11,688 nt of DNA from Vulcanimicrobiaceae bacterium (GTDB lineage: Bacteria; Vulcanimicrobiota; Vulcanimicrobiia; Vulcanimicrobiales; Vulcanimicrobiaceae), in contig JBHEMM010000055.1 in the NCBI GenBank assembly GCA_046262595.1, positions 1-11,688 on the forward strand, in the 5' to 3' direction. The position numbers and the translations under genes were made by a program. Under the pieces are notes generated by a model that ran no database searches, was not told where the DNA came from, and saw only the letters and a program-made list of their open reading frames with translations. The first letter of the stretch is position 1; each line of letters starts with the position of its first letter. Shown here piece after piece: positions 6,971-11,688 of this stretch.

Positions 6971-7187
6971 AACTTGGAAACTCCTCGGCTTCGCTTAAAT
7001 CGTCTCGTTTCAGCCGACGTTCGCGCTTCCTTCCACACGGCCTCGGATTCGGACGCTTGGCTTGGTAGAACGTCTATCGGGCCGCTCGGCTTTTGCGCCA
7101 AATGCCGCGGCCGCGAGCGATACGAAGCTGAATCGGGTTTGGTGGAAAGCAGCAGATTGGATACGGCGCATGACGCTGCAATAACGA

Positions 7188-9206
7188 TCACGGTATGGGG
7201 GCTGCGTCGAATGTAAGCACCTCGAAAGGCTCGAGGTTGAAGCGATGCGATCGTCCGGCCTGCAGCTCGAGGGGTGAGCGGTGCGGGTCCCCCGCCCACG
7301 GACTGCGCAGGCGATAGCGTTTGGCAGCACCGTCGGGAAGCTCGAATGCCTGACCCGGATCCAGCGCAATCGATTGCGGGCGGTCGCTGGGATTGCGCAG
7401 CGAGATGATTCCTTTGCGCGGCGACCACGCCGCGTGACCGTACGGTTCGAGCTCGCCCGGGTCGCCGCCAATCCAATGAACGTCGACGAGCGTTTGCGCG
7501 CCGCTGCGTGACCATTTCGCCGCTTCCGCGATGACGTTCCAATTGTCGGCGGACAGCAGCTCCGGCGTAATGTACATTTCCTGCAGCTGCGTACCGGTGC
7601 CGAAGTACGAGCGAACTTCGTCGCCGAAATCGCCGTGCGGGTCGTCCGCCAAATGCTTCGCGTGTTGCGCGTAGATCATCCCGTGCAGCATGAGCGAGTT
7701 CAGCGGATAGAGTGGGCCGCCCAAGACGATGCCGCGATACGTGTCGAGATCGCGGTACGTGATCCACTGCTGGCGCCATGAGCCTGGACCGGCGAAGTTG
7801 TGATCGTAGCCGCCGCGCCAAATCGAGTCCGCGTATTTGAGCCAAAACGGTGACGGGTACGTGCCGGTCGTCAAGTTGATGTAGAGGTCCGGTTCGGCGG
7901 CGCGCAACACCTCGATGAGATGAATGGCGGCATCGAAGTCGCTGTTGAACGTGCTCCCGCGCACCGTCGTGTCCGTGGAACCCGTGCCGTCGAACTTGAA
8001 CTGATTGATGCCGTACTTCTGGACGAGCTCCAGACAGCGCCCCTCAAAGAGCCGGTAGTACCTCGGACCGGAGAGTGCCAGACCATTCGCGTCGGTTTCA
8101 AGCCCCGCTTTCTTCGCGCCCGCGACGCGCAGATCGTGTGGTTTGCCGTAGCCGCCCCATGGTGAGAGCCAGCAACCCGGGTCCCCGCCGTATTTCTGCG
8201 CGGCGATTTTGAGCGGCGTGAATCCGTCGGGGAATCCGCTGTTGAAATTCCACGCGCCGCTATAGTCGTCCCAACCGTCGTCAAAAAGAAATGAGTCCAG
8301 CTTGACGCCGCGCTGCACACTGAGTATTTCTCCGAACGCATTAATCCGCTGAACGCCTTGCGCCGCAGTGTACGGCGTGAAATGGCCCAAGTCGTACCAG
8401 GAATTGTAGTGCAGAAACGTGCGGTACGGATGCGCGCGCTCCCGCTCGACGTATCGCAGGAAGTCCCGCCGTATTTGCCCCCGAACCGCGGTACCCATGA
8501 CCGTCGAGGCGACGAATCGCCGCTCGTGCTCGAGCGGCAGCGAGACCGATCGGAAGATGCGGGCGCGCGTGCCGGAGACCTCGGCTTGCGAGATGGGGTC
8601 TTCGTAGCCGAAGAACATGCTTCCGGCGACGATGGGTGAGCCCTGAACGATACCGGCGACCGTCGCGCCGCGCAGATCGAGATCGACCATGCGAATCTCG
8701 CTGAGCGGCACGGCTTTTCGCGTTGCGGTAAAGGTCACTTCTTGACGAACGTAGTGCGATCCGTCTCGAAGAATGCCACGCCATTCCGCATGCAATCCGG
8801 TCGCTTCGTCGATGAGCTCGACGATGATCTCGCGGCCGCCAAGGCGTTCGCTCACGCGCGCAGCGCGCGGATCCGCTTGAAGCATGTGCTGGCGCGGGGC
8901 TCCGACGATCTTCATGCGCGAAGAAGCGATCGGACCGCTGTTTTCGAGCGGTCCGTTTTCGTAGAGCACGCTGAACGCGTCGGACGGCAATGCCAGGGAA
9001 CTGCCGGTGCGGCGATTTCGAAAGAGGACCGGGCGAAATGCCGCATCGTCGATTTCCCAAAGCGCTGCGACCGCGTCGTTTTGCAGTACGAACCTGCGGC
9101 CCATCGTGCCGGCATGCGCCGCGCCCGCGTCGCCGAAGCAGACGAAGGAACCGATTTCGGCGGCCGCCGTGAGTCTGATGAAGTCTCCACGCGATATCGT
9201 GCGAAT
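7188..9206 (-). CDS. Exported glycoside hydrolase of clan GH-D type (GH27/GH36 alpha-galactosidase-like TIM barrel); substrate unknown
   Basis: Long ORF (track 7188-9347). Motifs YNSWY, FLFDDGWDD, FPDGFTPL, PGCWLSPWGG, FKFDG (putative nucleophile Asp) and SIWRGGYD (putative acid/base Asp). Tat-like signal ISRGDFIRLTAAA...AAHA. Start uncertain: ATT 9206 has a perfect GGAGG SD; alternatives are ATG 9254 and ATG 9347. Confidence 0.82.
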   Translation of the reverse strand: MRTISRGDFIRLTAAAEIGSFVCFGDAGAAHAGTMGRRFVLQNDAVAALWEIDDAAFRPVLFRNRRTGSSLALPSDAFSVLYENGPLENSGPIASSRMKIVGAPRQHMLQADPRAARVSERLGGREIIVELIDEATGLHAEWRGILRDGSHYVRQEVTFTATRKAVPLSEIRMVDLDLRGATVAGIVQGSPIVAGSMFFGYEDPISQAEVSGTRARIFRSVSLPLEHERRFVASTVMGTAVRGQIRRDFLRYVERERAHPYRTFLHYNSWYDLGHFTPYTAAQGVQRINAFGEILSVQRGVKLDSFLFDDGWDDYSGAWNFNSGFPDGFTPLKIAAQKYGGDPGCWLSPWGGYGKPHDLRVAGAKKAGLETDANGLALSGPRYYRLFEGRCLELVQKYGINQFKFDGTGSTDTTVRGSTFNSDFDAAIHLIEVLRAAEPDLYINLTTGTYPSPFWLKYADSIWRGGYDHNFAGPGSWRQQWITYRDLDTYRGIVLGGPLYPLNSLMLHGMIYAQHAKHLADDPHGDFGDEVRSYFGTGTQLQEMYITPELLSADNWNVIAEAAKWSRSGAQTLVDVHWIGGDPGELEPYGHAAWSPRKGIISLRNPSDRPQSIALDPGQAFELPDGAAKRYRLRSPWAGDPHRSPLELQAGRSHRFNLEPFEVLTFDAAPIP

Positions 9207-9568
9207 GAGCGTGCCTCCGAACGGCGGCGCAATAAAAAGCTCGCGCCGTTCCATTCCGCTGAGTGCCGTGCCGACGCGTTCCTTCCCTAAACGCGCACTC
9301 CTTTGCAAGGCCGCGCACCGCAGCGTTTCAATGCGATCGATCAGCATGACGTCGGACTCCGCAGCGCCACCAGGCCGCGGCTTTTGCCAGTATTTCGTTT
9401 CTCATGAAGACATGCGGGCATACTGCGTGCACCGCACTAGCGACGTTGAGCCATTCTTTTGACGTGGAGGGTCGCTCCGGTGAAAGGCGCTCGGCCAAAT
9501 CGTTCGAGCCGCGCCTACGCAGCAACCGCCGCCCAAGGAGTTTGACTCGGTCTAGGCAAGAGTCGTCC

Positions 9569-11383
9569 ATGGAAGCGTGCATGCGGATCGCTGCGTCCTG
9601 TTTGCTTGCCGCAGGCTTACTTTTTGTCGGCTTGTATCTGTTTGCGAATCGTACGAACGGCACGTTCGGATTCACATCCACGCTTTTAATGGGACGTGCC
9701 GCGGTTCGCGTCGACTCGGTGGACCGCGCCGGCGCTGCGCAGCGCGCGGGGATACACGCCGGCGACGTTTTCGCACCAGCAAGCGGATCGTGGCACGACC
9801 GCGCTCCGTTGTATCTCTTCGCAAACGCGCCGATCGTTGCTGCGGGCGATGTCGGCCGCATCGTGCTCGAACGTGGAGACTCACGGCGCGTTGTTTCGCT
9901 TCGCGCGGCCGCGAACGCATCGAGTCCCGCGATCGAAGCGCTATTTTTTGCTCTGCTCGCAGTCCCGATGCTCGCGCTGGGCTGGTTTATCAGTTGGCGC
10001 AAGCCGGGCGATCGCGACGCGGTGCTGCTCGGCGGCATGCTGCAACTCTTTGGCGTCGCGCTCGCAATCCCCGACCGCGTCGGATCACCGCTCGCGCGCT
10101 TGGTTCTCTACGAACTTACTGCGTCGACGTTTTTTATTTTGGGTGTGTATTGCGCGCTCGTGTTTTTCGCCGGCTATTCGCGGGGCGCCGGATTCAAGCG
10201 GCTGCTGCGGCGGGTCTGCCTGTACGCCGGCACCGCAGTAACGGCGCTTGAAATATTGCTCATGAGCGCTACCTATATGCTGCCTGCGTTCGTCGGCGAT
10301 GTTTCGGGTCTAACGGGGCCTTCCGTTGCATGCGTGGTGCTCGTCCCGGTTTTGGCGTTCGTTTGTCTCGTTGACGCTTTTAGAGCAGGCACGATAATCG
10401 ACCGTCAGCGTTTGCGCTGGATTGGCGGTTCGTTCTTTCTTGGCTTCAGCGGCCCGATGCTCTTACCCGGGGCAACGCTGCTGATGGGCTCGAGTTATAC
10501 GGTTATCGATCAGGTACTGTTTTCTGCGACCTTCTACGTTCTGGCTGCAGGGCTAACGTACGCCGTTTTGAAACGCCGCGTGGTCGACGTTGCCTTCGTG
10601 CTCAACCGGGCACTCGTCTTCAGCGTCGTATCGGGAATCGTCGTTGCCTGCTTCATCGCGCTCGAGTGGCTTGCCGGCGCGCTTCTCGTCAATCTTTCGC
10701 GCCCGACCAGCTTCATCATCGAAGGCGGAATCGCGATCGTGATAGGATTCTCGCTGCGGCCAATTCACGATCGCACCGACCATTTTATCGATCGCGTGTT
10801 TTTCGCTAAGCGGCACGCGGCGGAGAAGGCGCTGCGCCACTTGGCCACCGAGGTAAACTTCATTCGCGATCGAGAGTCGCTGCTGGCCCGTGTCCAACGC
10901 GACTTAACCGCATACCTCGAAACGACGGCGGTATGCATCTACTACCGAAGCGACGTGCAGAGCGACTTCGCGCTTCTGTGCAGCACCTCGGACGCTGCGG
11001 AATTTGTCGACGCGGACGACGATGCGGCCGTCGGCATGGCTGTCGAAGAGGTGCCGATTGAATTGCACACGCGCGTAACGAACATAGCTGGAGAGCTGGC
11101 CGTTCCCATGGCGGTGCGCAAAGCCCTCATGGGCATTCTCGTCGTCGGACACAAGCGCTCCGGCGAGGCGTTTGCTCCAGACGAAATCGAATCACTGCGG
11201 TTTCTCGCGGGATACCTTGCAACCGCACTTGCGTCGACGTCCGCCTCGGACGGAGCATCGCAGACGACTGACGCGCTGCTGCGCGAGCTGATCGCCGAAA
11301 CGCGCCAGCAGCGTGAGGAAATCACCATGCTTCATCGCCGGTTGGACGCCACTGCCGCTCGCCTTCCGGAGGCAAATTTGTGA
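9569..11383 (+). CDS. Polytopic membrane sensor-like protein: PDZ-like domain + multiple TM helices + C-terminal GAF domain and short coiled coil; no output domain
   Basis: Track ORF 9404-11383; likely start is ATG 9569 or 9581, directly before the first hydrophobic helix. PDZ-like VRVDSVDRAGAAQRAGIHAGDVF, then about 8 hydrophobic segments and FIDRVFF. GAF-like ELAVPMAVRKALMGILVVGHKRSGEAFAPDEIESLRFLAGYLATAL. Confidence 0.88.
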   Translation: MEACMRIAASCLLAAGLLFVGLYLFANRTNGTFGFTSTLLMGRAAVRVDSVDRAGAAQRAGIHAGDVFAPASGSWHDRAPLYLFANAPIVAAGDVGRIVLERGDSRRVVSLRAAANASSPAIEALFFALLAVPMLALGWFISWRKPGDRDAVLLGGMLQLFGVALAIPDRVGSPLARLVLYELTASTFFILGVYCALVFFAGYSRGAGFKRLLRRVCLYAGTAVTALEILLMSATYMLPAFVGDVSGLTGPSVACVVLVPVLAFVCLVDAFRAGTIIDRQRLRWIGGSFFLGFSGPMLLPGATLLMGSSYTVIDQVLFSATFYVLAAGLTYAVLKRRVVDVAFVLNRALVFSVVSGIVVACFIALEWLAGALLVNLSRPTSFIIEGGIAIVIGFSLRPIHDRTDHFIDRVFFAKRHAAEKALRHLATEVNFIRDRESLLARVQRDLTAYLETTAVCIYYRSDVQSDFALLCSTSDAAEFVDADDDAAVGMAVEEVPIELHTRVTNIAGELAVPMAVRKALMGILVVGHKRSGEAFAPDEIESLRFLAGYLATALASTSASDGASQTTDALLRELIAETRQQREEITMLHRRLDATAARLPEANL

Positions 11384-11510
11384 AGCCGTTCGTTTCGGCG
11401 TAACGCCGCTGTGATGTTTGGGCATCGTCGTGCTTTGTTTGGCAACCGCCGCGGCGGTTGCCGCACCCGGACTCACGGGCAACGTTGTGCCGGTAATCGT
11501 CCTTGCCGGG
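11380..11510 (+). pseudogene. Possible decayed 5' end of a translationally coupled downstream gene for a secreted or membrane protein
   Basis: GGAGG (11368-11372) lies 7 nt before GTG 11380, which overlaps the upstream TGA, but this frame stops after MKPFVSA. The neighbouring frame reads RFGVTPL*CLGIVVLCLATAAAVAAPG, a signal-peptide-like stretch interrupted by TGA at 11412. Confidence 0.25.
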
Positions 11511-11688
11511 CGGCCGCCCGCGGCTTCATGTTGCCTGAGATCGTGTGTCGGCGGCTATGTTCTATCGAACCATTTTCGAAGCGGCACGAATGAGGCGGCC
11601 CGAAATCCCTTGGAGAAGTCGGGCGATGGACATGTCGCCTGCCAGAAGTTGCACACCTGTGGAGTAGGTGGGATATGGGTGGATGCAC

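Noticed and set aside
6971..7187. Possible c-di-GMP-I riboswitch suggested by GGCGCAAAAGCC on the minus strand
   Set aside because: The GNRA tetraloop/receptor and P1 pairing of that class are not recognisable.
6964..9318. Alternative-frame minus ORFs 6964-7845, 7871-8341 and 8341-9318
   Set aside because: Arg-rich off-frame readings of the glycoside hydrolase gene.
9404..9568. 55-aa N-terminal extension of the PDZ-GAF ORF, and a 21-codon ORF at 9480-9545 behind GGAGG
   Set aside because: The extension is Arg/Ser-rich and lies in the divergent promoter region. The small ORF has no support beyond an SD-like match.
11411..11688. Track ORFs 11411-11593 (+) and 11473-11688 (-), and possible starts at 11668/11675
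   Set aside because: Short, no motifs, and too close to the edge to evaluate.

Overview
GC-rich bacterial chromosomal window with six clear genes and no RNA genes, CRISPR array or mobile element that I can support. Five genes lie on the minus strand: (1) a MASE4-type membrane hybrid histidine kinase that runs off the left edge and is missing from the ORF track; (2) a PAS-GGDEF-EAL protein with a degenerate cyclase and an intact phosphodiesterase; (3) an unusual 621-aa fusion protein; (4) a membrane-anchored PP2C/SpoIIE-family phosphatase; (5) an exported clan GH-D (GH27/GH36-like) glycoside hydrolase. The sixth, on the plus strand, is a PDZ-multiTM-GAF membrane protein with no output domain. 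The fusion at 3918-5783 is the standout. It joins a LigD-type primase-polymerase domain whose three catalytic motifs all appear lost to a HARE-like winged HTH, a FokI/Mrr-like PD-(D/E)xK nuclease with intact catalytic residues, and a possible C-terminal winged helix. No Ku, ligase or methyltransferase gene is in the window. I infer a candidate single-gene DNA-end-sensing nuclease, possibly for anti-phage or anti-plasmid defence. All domain calls come from motif recognition by eye, not from database searches.
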